Of a stretch of DNA of 64,000 bases, positions 11,340 to 23,181 are shown in pieces; position 1 is the first letter of the stretch, and each line of letters starts with the position of its first letter. The notes beneath the pieces were generated by a model. The model was given only the letters and a program-made list of their open reading frames with translations. It was not told where the DNA came from and ran no database searches. Origin of the DNA: Hypanus sabinus (lineage: Eukaryota); the NCBI RefSeq assembly GCF_030144855.1, contig NC_082709.1, positions 108,810,001 through 108,874,000 of the forward strand, in the 5' to 3' direction. The position numbers and the translations under genes are program-made.

Positions 11340-13663
11340 ACGATAGTTTTATATAAAAAGTAGATTTATATTGTGTCTAGATTTCTACAAAGCTTTGATA
11401 CTATTGAGCATCAGTTTATCTTCTCTGCTCTTGGTAAATTTGGATTTGGTCCATTGTTTGTCAGGCTTTGTACACAAATAAAGTTGAAGTTGGGGACTTC
11501 ACCGAGGTTTGATGTGAAGGTTGCCCTATCTCATATTACCTGTTCCTTTTCTGTGCTCAGATGCTCAGCATTCCATCAAGCCTAGTCCTCTAAAAGGCAT
11601 TTCCTGTGCAAATTACAATTTTCTCTGTAGTCAGGTTACAGATGATACGGCTTTTTTCAAAATGACGTTTCTGAAATTTAAAGGCAACACGAGTGAATCT
11701 ACAGATGCTGGAAATAAATAAAAACACAAAATGCTGGCAGAACTCAGCAGGCCAGATAGCATCTATGGGAGGAGGTAGTGACGATGTTTCGGGCCGAAAC
11801 CCTTCATCAGGAGTGAAGGGTTTTGGCCCAAAACATCATCACTACCTCCTCCCATAGTTGCTGTCCAGCCTGTTGAGTTCTGCCAGCATTTTGTGTTTTT
11901 ATTTCTGGAATTTCATTGGCTTTAAACTATTTCTGTCTTTTCCAACGTCTCAGTCCTCTGTATAAGTATTCACAGATGTGAATGGTTTCCTCTTAAAGGT
12001 TGCACTCAATCTATAACTAATAATATTCCAGTAAAAGACAAAGTTACATATTTGGGGATAACTATTGTTAAAAATGAATACATAAGGTGTGTGGATAATT
12101 TCAACCTTTTATAGACAAAACCAAAAAAAGATTAAACCAGTGGCTTCAAAGGGACTTATCTCTGAAAGGCCGGGTTTTGCTTCGTAAAGCAGAAGGTCTT
12201 TCCAGGCTTATGACTCTCCCCTGATATATCGATTTAAAAAATCTGTACATTGATAAACACCATGTTGTTTAATTTTTTATGGAAAAACAAAGTTCATTAT
12301 AATAAAAGAATCTGCTGTCATGAACAGTAATGACAAGGGGGATCTAAATTTTCTTGATTTTGTCAGTCTTAAAAAAACATTTAAAATTAATTGGATTAAA
12401 CAATATTTACATAATCCTACTTCTATATGGAATTGTGTTCCTTCTTTTGTCTTTTTCCAGGTTAGTGGATTGAAATTTTTTCTTTTACAAAATAGGCAAA
12501 GTTCCTCTCTGTTTATCTCAGTTTCATAAACATGCTTTTATCTTGGTCTTTGATTTACAAACACAATTTTTCTCCACATAGTTACTTTATCTGGAATAAC
12601 AACAGCGTAACTTATAAGCATAAATCTCTGTTTTATAAAGGTTGGTTTGATTATAATATTTTGTTAGTTAAACAGTTATTTAATTCAAGTGGTACTATAT
12701 TGAGTTATGCTGAGTTTTTATCCACCTTTGAATTTCCTGTCACTCCAAAAGAATTTGCTGTTGTTATTGGTGCAGTTCCCTCTGGTATAATTATGTTGTT
12801 TAGAAATACATCATATTCGGTAGTTGAATTACCCAGCTTGGATCCATCCAGTACAGCTGTAGGAAAGATCTGTTTTCCTCCATTTTTTTTAAAAAAAATA
12901 GAAGTATTAGAAGTTTGTTTCAAAAAGACTTCACTTTTATTCCTGCGGCTGGTAATTTTTGGAATAGTCGCTTGGGGAATCTGAGGTGGACGAGTATTTG
13001 GGGCTTATCTAATAGATTTTTATTGAGGAATAAAATTAAAGAAATTTCATTTAAAATTATACATAGATATTATCCAACCAATGTTTATTTTTCAAGGTTT
13101 AAATCCGATATTGAAACTAACTGTTCTTTTTGTGGTTTATATCCAGAGGATTTATTTCACTGTTTTGGGATTGTATGTTAAAACATTTTGGGTTGATGTT
13201 TGTCCATTTATAGATCAATATATTAATGTGGATTTTACTTTTTATTTTGAAAATGTTTTTATTATTATTATTTTGTAACACCAAATCTCATAGGGGTCAT
13301 TTTTAAAATAATAAATCTTTTGTTAATTCACAGCAAATTTTATTTCCATAAATGCGAATACAGCAATAAGAAACCTTCATTTATATTTTTTATGTCAGAC
13401 TTCAAACTATATATTAACACACTGAAAACTTCCCATAACTAGAAAGGCTGTACAAATTTGTCAACGTTTCGGATTATTTCTAAATGTTTTTGTTTTGTGA
13501 CTCTTTTTAGATATAGTTCCTTCTGTCCAACAGTATTTAGAGTGGATTTTATTTTTTATTTGTATAGTTAAAGTCAATAATTATATATTTGTTGCTGCTT
13601 ATGTGTGATTCCTTGGCTTTATGTCCGGTGTTCTTGTTTATGCAATAAAAATGTAATTTATAA
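11340..13663 (+). mobile_element. 5'-truncated Tx1/L1-clade LINE (ORF2 RT + C-terminal zinc-binding region, 3' UTR), pseudogenised
   Basis: LDFYKAFDTIEHQFIFSALGKFGFG (11378 on), SQVTDDT, KGDLNFLDF, RNKIKEISFKIIHRYYPTN..CSFC..EDLFH; AATAAA near 13644; very AT-rich. Confidence 0.88.
11680..11901. mobile_element. Palindromic Penelope-like (PLE)-derived hairpin element with hammerhead core, nested in the Tx1-like LINE
   Basis: About 90-bp inverted arms centred near 11812; minus strand CTGATGAAGGGTTTCGGCCCGAAAC; flanking near-duplication TTTCTGAAATTT (11668-11679) / TTTCTGGAATTT (11902-11913). Confidence 0.8.
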
Positions 13664-13922
13664 ATCTCTCTCCAGGCTGGCGCTGGCTTTATACGTCATT
13701 CCCCGGCCGCCTGCACCCCCGTTCTCCGAGCACTGGGGGCGCTCTGCCGGGAGGACCAGTGAGGTACCTCCCTCCACCGACCTGGGCCTGCTGTCAACCT
13801 GATAACGAGCCCCACGGCACCCGCGGACGGACGATATGCGCCTGGATTTGTGAACGCCTCCGGCTGTTGGAGACGACACCGGACCGGACCGGGCCGGGCC
13901 GGCCCGCGGCCTGCAGCCTGTC
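13664..13922 (+). promoter_or_regulatory. GPALPP1-side CpG island: promoter/5' UTR
   Basis: GC/CpG-rich stretch immediately upstream of the GPALPP1 ATG; TACGTCA CRE half-site at 13692. Confidence 0.65.
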
Positions 13923-14037
13923 ATGTCGGAGGAGAGCTCGCCGCCCATCGGACCCGCTCTGCCGCCCGGCTACAAGACGCGGGGGCAGCCCGACTCCGAC
14001 CACAGGCGCCGGCCGAGAGCCGTGCTCGATGACACAG
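13923..14037 (+). CDS. GPALPP1: GPALPP motifs-containing protein 1, exon 1: MSEESSPPIGPALPPGYKTRGQPDSDHRRRPRAVLDDT
   Basis: ATG in CpG island, IGPALPPGY motif, AG|GTATG donor, phase 1. Confidence 0.93.
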
Positions 14038-14079
14038 GTATGTCCCGGCAGGTCTGGCCCTCTCCCTTCCGTCTGATAT

Positions 14080-16700
14080 GGTGTGGTGTGTGAATGATGT
14101 GTGTATGTACTATATGCGTATATAATGTGTGCACCGTGTGTGTTTATGTACTGTATGTGTATATGATGTGTGTACTGTGTGTGTTTATGTACTATGTGTG
14201 TGTATGATGTGTGTACCGTGTGTGTATATGTACTATGTGTGTGTATGATGTGTGCACCGTGTGTGTATATGTACTGTATGTGTATATGATGTGTGTACTG
14301 TGTGTGTTTATGTACTATGTGTGTGTATGATGTGTGTACCGTGTGTGTATATGTACTATGTGTGTGTATGATGTGTGCACCGTGTGTAATTATGTACTGT
14401 GTGTGTGCATGATGTGTGCACCGTGTGTGATTATGTACTGTGTGTGTGCATGATGTGTGCACCGTGTGTGATTATGTACTGCGTGTGTGCATGATGTGTG
14501 CACCGTGTGTGATTATGTACTGTGTGTGTGCATGATGTGTGCACCGTGTGTGATTATGTACTGCGTGTGTGCATGATGTGTGCACCGTGTGTGATTATGT
14601 ACTGTGTGTGTGCATGATGTGTGCACCGTGTGTGATTATGTACTGTGTGTGTGCACCGTGTGTGATTATGTACTGTGTGTGTGTATGATGTGTGCACCGT
14701 GTGTGATTACTGTGTGTGTGTATGATGTGTGCACCGTGTGTGATTATGTACTGTGTGTGTGCACCGTGTGTGATTATGTACTGTGTGTGTGCATGATGTG
14801 TGCACCGTGTGTGATTATGTACTGTGTGTGTGCATGATGTGTGCACCGTGTGTGATTATGTACTGTGTGTGTGCACCGTGTGTGATTATGTACTGTGTGT
14901 GTGTATGATGTGTGCACCGTGTGTGATTACTGTGTGTGTGTATGATGTGTGTATGATGTGTGCACCGTGTGTGATTATGTACTGTGTGTGTGCACCGTGT
15001 GTGATTATGTACTGTGTGTGTGTATGATGTGTGCACCGTGTGTGATTATGTACTGTGTGTGTGCACCGTGTGTGATTATGTACTGTGTGTGTGTATGATG
15101 TGTGCACCGTGTGTGATTATGTACTGTGTGTATGCACCGTGTGTGATTATGTACTGTGTGTGTGTATGATGTGTGCACCGTGTGTGATTATGTACTGTGT
15201 GTGTGTATGGTGTACCGTGTGTGTTTATGTGCTATGTGTGTGTGTATGATGTGTGTACCGTGTGTGATTATGTACTGTGTGTGTGTATGGTGTACCGTGT
15301 GTGTTTATGTGCTATGTGTGTGTATGATGTGTGCACCGTGTGTGATTATGTACTGTGTGTGTGCACCGTGTGTGATTATGTACTGTGTGTGTGTATGATG
15401 TGTGCACCGTGTGTGATTATGTACTGTGTGTGTGTATGGTGTACCGTGTGTGTTTATGTGCTATGTGTGTGTGTATGATGTGTGTACCGTGTGTGATTAT
15501 GTACTGTGTGTGTATGATGTGTGTACCGTGTGTGATTATGTACTGTGTGTGTGTATGGTGTACCGTGTGTGTTTATGTGCTATATGTGTGTATGATGTGT
15601 GTACCGTGTGTGTTTATGTACTATATGTGTGTATGATGTGTGTACCGTGTGTGTTTATGTACTATATGCATGTATGATGTGTGTACCATGTGTGTTTATA
15701 TACTACATGCGTATATGATGTGTATACCGTGTTTATGTACTACATGCGTACGTGATGTGTGTACCGTGTGTGTTTATGTACTATATGTGTATATGATGTG
15801 TGTACTGTGTTTATGTACTATATGTGTATATGATGTGTGTACTGTCGTGGTTTTTCATGCCTCACAAATGACCAGGAGATGCAGAAGATTCTTCAAGAAG
15901 GGTTAAACTTTAATTTGCAAATTAAAGCTGAGACAGTCATTGAGCTAGTCGCTGATTGCCCACCGATCCTTGGACATAGCATGTTTTATAGCAAAATACT
16001 GGTCCAGTTGCATTAGCATATGTAATCGATCTATAGTTGCGTATTACACGTACATCATGTCCCTATTGTTCCTTTCAATTGGCTTAATCATGTTCTAATC
16101 TACATCTCTTAGCTACCTCTCATTAACATACCATTGTCTTCTACATTTGTAAGACTTCAGTCTCCTACCAAATTGGGCACATGCATAGCAAATAATAAAC
16201 TCAGAACTGAGCAATGTTCTAATCTACATTTCTTTAGCTCTTTAGCTACCTCTCATTAACACATCATTGTCTTCTACATTCCTAAGATTTCATTTTACTA
16301 AATTGAGTACATGCATAGCAAACTGACTACATAGTTTTGGTTACACAGCAAATGAAACAAGTTTTATACTCCAATAGTACCCTGTGTGTTTATGTACTAT
16401 ATGTGTATATGATGTGTGTACTGTGTTTATGTACTATATGTGTATACTGTGTTTATGTACTATATGTGTATACTGTGTTTATGTACTATATGTGTATACT
16501 GTGTTTATGTACTATATGTGTATATGATGTGTGTACTGTGTTTATGTACTATATGTGTATACTGTGTTTATGTACTATATGCATATATGATGTGTGTACT
16601 GTGTGTTTATGTGCTTTGTGTGTGTATGAAGTGTGTACCGTGTGTTTATGTGGTATGTGTGTGTATGATGTGTGTACCGTGTGTGTTTATGTACTATGTG
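14080..16700 (+). repeat. TG-rich compound minisatellite (units of about 26-45 bp, e.g. ATGATGTGTGCACCGTGTGTGATTATGTACTGTGTGTGTGC), interrupted by a solo LTR
   Basis: Direct inspection; explains all the CV/HT-rich ORFs. Confidence 0.95.
15843..16376 (-). mobile_element. Solo LTR (534 bp) with 4-bp TSD GTAC
   Basis: GTAC at 15839-15842 and 16377-16380; ends TGTCG...CAATA; on the minus strand TATAAAA (about 15983-15989) precedes ATTAAA (about 15908-15913); internal duplication of about 60 bp (16091/16216). Confidence 0.8.
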
Positions 16701-17270
16701 TGGTCGGTCTCAGTGAAACCCACCAGGTGCTGATAGCATGGACGAGGAAAGGACATTTCCACAGGGTGCAGCTGGATGAGTTGATGGACTCATTTCCTCA
16801 GCCTTTCGACTCTTCAATTTTGCTTTTTATTTTGAGCAAGTGGGAGGGTGACAGTTGTGGAAAATAAGTGTTGTATACTATGTGGAAAGATGCTGAAGCT
16901 GATTTCATTTTCAAAACGGACACTGAAAGTAGACTTGTTGGTATGTTTATTTTTTTTGTGTCACTTGGCTCAATGAGGAGGCAAACTGGCCTTCCTCATC
17001 CTTGTCTATTTTGGAACACTCAGTACTTCGCAAGGTACTACCGATGAGGGTTCATTGTAGTGTTGAGGTATTTCTTCAGTACTTTGGCCATTTTTGTCCT
17101 TGATAATGCTTTGTGGAACTTTGGTTCAGTGTTCGCACAATGTATCAAGACAATTTTCCTGGTAACACTTGAAATTATTACTATCTAAAACACCAAATAA
17201 CATTACATCTTACTAATACATACCTTTTCTGACTTACTTAGTAAGAGAGCTTCCAATTTTTTCGATCCCG

Positions 17271-17431
17271 NNNNNNNNNNNNNNNNNNNNNNNNNNNNNN
17301 NNNNNNNNNNNNNNNNNNNNNNNNNNNNNNNNNNNNNNNNNNNNNNNNNNNNNNNNNNNNNNNNNNNNNNNNNNNNNNNNNNNNNNNNNNNNNNNNNNNN
17401 NNNNNNNNNNNNNNNNNNNNNNNNNNNNNNN
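17271..17431. other. Assembly gap (161 N)
   Basis: Run of N. Confidence 1.
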
Positions 17432-17515
17432 GCTGGAAGAGCACTTCCACATTTTCGCGATTCATGGTTGGTTGAATTCGTGCATGCAGAATTCGCGGAT
17501 AAGGAGGGCCGACTG
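17432..17515. mobile_element. Right end of a Tigger-like Tc1/mariner element
   Basis: Ends GGATAAGGAGGGCCGACTG followed by TA; left end not seen (gap). Confidence 0.6.
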
Positions 17516-18009
17516 TACCTCAATTGGAGAACTACTGTTATGGAATAATCTATTGATTATAGATTGTATGGTGAAAGTAGTATTTTACCTAATTTTATCT
17601 GAAATATCTCAGTCTATTTTATCACACTTCCTCTCTCGTACCCATTTAATAAACTGACTGTAACTATGTATAGTTTAAGTATAACACACTGGACTTGTAG
17701 TACCAGCACAGCACAGAGGGGTTTCATTCCGCTCACTAATCTAGCCAAATCCATGGGATACCATTTCCCTGTACATTAATTATGGTTATCCATTTCCTGT
17801 CTGACTGGTTTACTTCCACCACCCATGAAAGAAGTGAGTTCTGAAATCACTACACATTCCATCCACAGTCACAAGCACCTCCCTTCCCCTCCACTGCTGA
17901 TCACCTTTATAAATAATGTTGTCCTGTTAACTTCCATTTGAGGATAATCACATGATATCAGTAAAGGAGTCCTTACACTGGATCGTGGGACCAGTCAGTA
18001 TTGGTTAAC

Positions 18010-18265
18010 CCTGCTTAGCTAGCCATTTCAATTCCAATCCCCATTCCCAATCCAGGATGTCTGTCCCTGGCCACCTCCACTGCCAGGATGAGGAGCGACA
18101 CCTCGTATTCCCTCTGGGTAGCCTCCAGCCTGATGGCGTGTACATTAGTTTCTCTAGCTTCAGATTCCTTCTTCAGCCCCTCACCTTTCCACCTATCACC
18201 TCTCTGCTGCTTACTTCACCCCTCTCCCCCACCTGATTCTGGCATCTTCCCCATTCCTTTCAGGC
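18010..18265 (+). mobile_element. PLE-derived fragment (same family as 48143-50415)
   Basis: Similar to 49940-50310 (GGGTAGCCTCCAGCCTGATGGC; pyrimidine-rich 3' UTR). Confidence 0.6.
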
Positions 18266-21200
18266 TGCTCAGTCTCACTCTTCTGTGCTGACCTGAGCTG
18301 GTCCCATTTGCCTGTGCCGGGCCTGTACCTCAAAGACATTGCTGTCCATACTTAGACATTGAGACAAAGTCTGATAATTGAGAAGAAACATTTGTCTGCT
18401 GACAGACATCAACAGCGCAGAGGCTAGCCGTCAAAGCAGCTTTCAATAACATTGCCTCTGCCACATCCTTCACCGTCAACCTCCCAGAGCAAGGGGTTGG
18501 GCATGTTGGGGTAGAGGGGTGCAGATGGAGAAGAGTCACCGTCGAGTAGAAACTGAATGGGACCAGCTAAGAATTGAATACCCTGTCATAAGCAGCTTGC
18601 TTACTGACACCCCAGAGTCTTTCCACTATCTACAAGGCACGAGCCAAAAGTCTGATGACTTTCTACTCAACAAGCTTGACATTATCCGTGACAAAACGGC
18701 TGGCTCGGCTGTCACCTCATCTGCTATCCTAAATGTTTATCAGTGCAGTGTGTGCCAACTACAGAACGCGATTACTCCGACAGAACCTTCCATATCTGTG
18801 ACCTCTACCATCAAAGTCAAGAGCAGCAGATGCACGAAAAGTCGAGTGAGCATAGCTGCCAGAATCCGACAATGTGAGAGGTTCTGATCAGCTATGACAG
18901 AGATAGTATGTTTCTGGATGAGACAGGGATAGTAATTTGTAAATGGGTTTATGTTGTTTAACTTCATTCCAAAATATTGAGTCTTTGTAGACAAAAAATG
19001 AATTAAAACAAATACAAGCTTGAATTAAACGGACTCAGTCACTGGTGCTTGCACAGAATATGGTCCTGCACTGTCCTCTGGCATTGAATCAGTGGACTTG
19101 GTGTGTGTCAAAGAAAGGCCAGCAGCTCCGAGTGATGATTGAGCAGCAGGAATCTCTGATGGGAAGAGTAAGAATCCTCTGCAAGATGCAGCCAGGTGGG
19201 TCTGCCAACCTTCCTGTACTTGATGAACTTTGTGAGAGGAGGGATGCCAGCAGAGTGCTGGACCGCGGGAGCCCTCCCAACAGGTGGGCAGCCCTGCTGC
19301 TTCTAACGCCAGTCGTAGGGTGCTGGCCACACCGGCTCTGAATGCGGCCTGTACTGTCGCCTGCATTGTTGGGTTTTACGGTGATGAGGGTCAATAATGT
19401 CCCAGTTGCCTGGCAGACACTTGGTATATACCTTCCTCCCAAGCCATTGAAACCTGACTGCCAAAGTCAGAGCAGTACCCACCCCTGGGACTGAATGGGA
19501 ATGCTGCCTGGAATTAGCAAGCATATTTCCAGGTGTCAGATTCAAATTTGACCAGGTGTCATCGTGTGGTGGTGACGTCTGTCCATGGGAAATGGATGAG
19601 GGACTTCCCTGCATGGGAAAGGCCTTTCCTGGTTTGGAGGCACGGTTCGACTAAGTATCCAGTATCTACATATGCCTTCGAGCACGTTTAGAAAAAATTA
19701 TATTGACTTTACTCAGGTTTGAATTGGCTGTGGTCCTGTTTTAATTTTATGTTCTCCAAGTTGCATACTCCCTGCCAAGTTCCACATCACCCTTCCTTCA
19801 AAGTATATTACTGTTCATCTCCAAATCTCGAACTCCCACCTAAACAGCACCTTCCCCAGGAAGGAGGCACTTGGCTGCACCTAGCAGAGGATTCCTACTC
19901 TTCAGACAGCTCTGCTCCAGTGTGGTATGAAATCACCCCTGACCAGCTTCAAGAAGATGAATGACTGAGGGGCATTTCAAAAATAATAAGAGCTGACATG
20001 AATAAAAACAAATGCTTATCTCACTTGTGGGATTATTTTATCTATCTCGTTGCAAACAGATTGTGTATTCTGATAAAATAAATATGACTCTTAATTATTT
20101 ATCTTTTTTTCTGTCAGAACCTTATTGATGCACTTTTATCATCATACAGTCTGTCTCTTTCTGATACACTTAATTCATCAATTCTTAAATAGCTGCGCTG
20201 GTGGCTTTGAATTTTGTTTTTATAACAATATGAAATTTTGAAGCCCTGCCCCCACCCTGCAACTTCAAGTTTAAAGCCCTGTCAGCAACTCTCCATCAGG
20301 TCTCTGACTCCACTCGGGTGTGTGTGCTACACACACTTGGCCTGGCAATATAGCAATCATGATCTGTGGAGCCATGGATTTTACTTTGTACCTTAAGTGC
20401 ACTACCGATCAGCAGAGGCTTTTTCTTAGTTCAAGCTCTGGAGGTGGTTTTAATGCAGATTACAAAATCTGGATCTTCCCCCTCAGGTACTTTCCCAACT
20501 TTGAGATAACCTTGCTCTTGGACTGCAGCATTCCTTTTAACTCTCCATGCAGGGGTGTCTCCTGCACAGCAGGGCCATGGTGAGATTGCTGTCGTTCAGG
20601 AAGACAGTAATACTTCCTAACATTCAGAGTGGTCTGGTTTGCAGTTTAATCTTCCAGTGATCAAATCTGGACTGTTATCAGAGAGTGTGACTGCCAATTG
20701 GATAAAATTTCCAGATCATCCCACCCCCCCCCCCCCCCCCCCCGGCATCTCTCTGCACCTCAGAGTCCAATTCAGCAATTCAGAGCTCTGGTTCATGGTT
20801 ACTCAAGATCGGACTGGTCTCCATGCAATATTGACACATCCTTATTAAACTTTGTTTATTTAATGATTTCATATTTTTACTTGAATTAAAATGGTTTACC
20901 TAATAAAATAATTTGCAGTTTCTGCTTTTTTTGTTTACGCAAACTTAATGAATACAGAAATAACACCTACTTTTATAAGTTGGCTCTGTTTGTTGAGAAG
21001 TTATTTCTTTGACCAGACTCCTGCAGCTCCTTGGCTCCATGTGTATCTCATTTGATGAATACACTTTGTATACTTGCCACAGCTTCTTGGCTCTCCAGCC
21101 CCATGACTGTCAGATTCCTGCCACTGTCACACAGCAGTGTATCAACCAAACTGGGGAAATTAAGAGTAGTTAGATGTGAATAGCTCCATAAAGAGGATCA

Positions 21201-21367
21201 AATTCGTGTACTTAACCGTGGAGCAGAATTGTTGCATGAATTGCAACCTCAAGGTTGGTAGAGGAAGAATAAAGGAGAAGTTTCAGTTTATGTGCTTGCT
21301 GAAGTCTATACTTTATAACGATGTTTTAAGCCAAATTGTGAATAATTTTTGATACGTTATGTACCAG

Positions 21368-21533
21368 TTGCAGGACCAGCATTACCTCCAGGATTTCGGT
21401 CGAGCAAAAGCTCAGAGAGTTCAGATGACGATGAGGTCCACTGCACCAATGAGGAGCGGCAAAGCTCAGCCCAAGAGTTGAGGAAATCGGACAGATTAGT
21501 AACAGAGGAGAGTAATGGCACGTCGAGATCCAG
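21368..21533 (+). CDS. GPALPP1: GPALPP1 exon 2: (V)AGPALPPGFRSSKSSESSDDDE...TSRS(R)
   Basis: cag acceptor, AG|GTAAG donor, 166 nt, phase 1/2; GPALPP motif plus S/D-rich tract. Confidence 0.95.
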
Positions 21534-21749
21534 GTAAGCAGGGAACAGTTGTTTCTGGACTTGATCACGTCAGGAGAGTGTGTGCACTTCCTCATAACTG
21601 CCTCTATTGAATCTGTGGGCAGCCTGTGGAAGTTCTATATTTCATAGTGGAGTGTTTCTGGTGAAGCAAAGATCCAGTGTGCAGTGTGGACCACGTGCTG
21701 ATCCAGTGCGTGGAGCCATCTGTGCGCTGACTGAGTATACGGTGCAGAC

Positions 21750-22869
21750 TAGTGGTCGCCAACCCGTCAATTGCGATCGACTAGTCGACCTTTGAGACTT
21801 TCCCAGTAGATTCCGAAAAAAATGGGAAAATAACTACACAAATACTGTTGTGAGATTGTTTCCGGTTTGCGGGGTTTTAGTTCCGTCCTTTCTGCCCAGT
21901 GCGCATGCGCGTAGCTCCCCCCGCCATGCACTGCACAGTGTAATTCAGTGGTCCCCAACCACCGGGCCTCGAGGAAACGATATGAGTCAGCTGCACCTTT
22001 GCTCATTCCCTGTCACACCGACTGTTGAACTTGAACACACGCGAGATTATCAGTCGCCAAAACGCAGTGATACCCTCGCGGCAGGGATCACTGGTTGGCC
22101 TCGCGCAGCCGGCGGGAAGTGCCGTTGCTACCGGCCCAGAACGCAGACAGATGGGCGCTGTCTCTAAACCTGTTTAGCACACCAAATGTTCGTGGGGAAC
22201 CCGGTGCTAAAATATTCACAGACAACCTAACCCAGGCTCAGGGTTTCGTAAGTATCAGAGCAGCTACCTGGCTGTGATCCACTGAAACAAACTTTTGTAG
22301 GCTGATAGATCCTACAATGGAGACGGGCGGGCACCCTGTTGCAGTCGGCTGCTCTTTCCGGACTGCAACCGCCACGGGGACCTCCTGCCCTGACCCTGTC
22401 CTCTCACCCCACCCAAGACCAGTCGCACCTGGCTAAGGCATCTGGCGGCAGGTGGGCGAGAGGCTGCAGTTTGAGCCGAGGCAATGAAGTCCTCAAAACG
22501 GCTTCAGCTCCTTGAGTCCAAGCACCCTGCACTTAAAGACAAATGTGTTGAGTTTTTTCAGTGGAAAAGACGTGAGCAAGCGGGACAGAACTAAGTGCCG
22601 AGAGCCGCGAAATTACAGAATAGACGAGTCATAAGGAACCTATATCGGTGTATTCCGCTGGTCTGCAAGAATATTGTCAATATTAAACAGTTCCACAGTG
22701 CAAAAAAGGGTGGGTGCCCCTGGTGTTTATACATTATTTGTACTTCCGGGTTGTAGGGTTTTACTTCTGGTCTTTTCTGCCCTGGTGTGCATGCGTGTAA
22801 CTAGTCGATCTCACTTTTCACTAAGGCTGAGGTAGGCGATCTTGGGCTTAAAAATGTTAGTGACCTCTA
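21750..22869. mobile_element. Non-autonomous hAT (Charlie-like) element containing a second nested hAT (21946-22722)
   Basis: Outer TIRs TAGTGGTCGCCAACC / TGTTAGTGACCTCTA with 8-bp GTGCAGAC / GTATAGAC; inner TIRs CAGTGGTCCCCAACC / GGGTGGGTGCCCCTG with GTGTAATT / GTGTTTAT. Confidence 0.7.
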
Positions 22870-22920
22870 GTATAGACGGAGTGCTGATCCAGTATGCAAC
22901 AAGCACTGTGGCAATCTAGT

Positions 22921-23181
22921 GTTTGGTGCGGACTGCGTGGTGACCCGGCGTTCGGTGCAGACTGCGTGGTGACCCGGCGTTCGGTGCGGACTGCGTGTGG
23001 TGACCCGGTGTTCGGTGCGGACTGCGTGTGGTGACCCGGTGTTCGGTGCGGACTGCGTGGTGACCCGGGTTCGGTACGGACTGCGTGGTGACCCAGTGTT
23101 CAGTGCGGACTGCGTGTGGTGACCCGGGTTCGGTGCGGACTGCGTGGTGACCCAGTGTTCGGTGCGGACTGCGTGTGGTGA
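22921..23181 (+). repeat. CpG-rich minisatellite, about 9 copies of 28-31 bp (GTTCGGTGCGGACTGCGT(GT)GGTGACCCGG)
   Basis: Head-to-tail units, no unique spacers. Confidence 0.95.

Noticed and set aside
13794-16867. Long His/Thr- or Cys/Val-rich ORFs
   Set aside because: Translations of the TG satellite; open in several frames on both strands
22921-23181. CRISPR-like array of about 30-bp repeats
   Set aside because: Head-to-tail units without unique spacers, vertebrate intron, no cas genes
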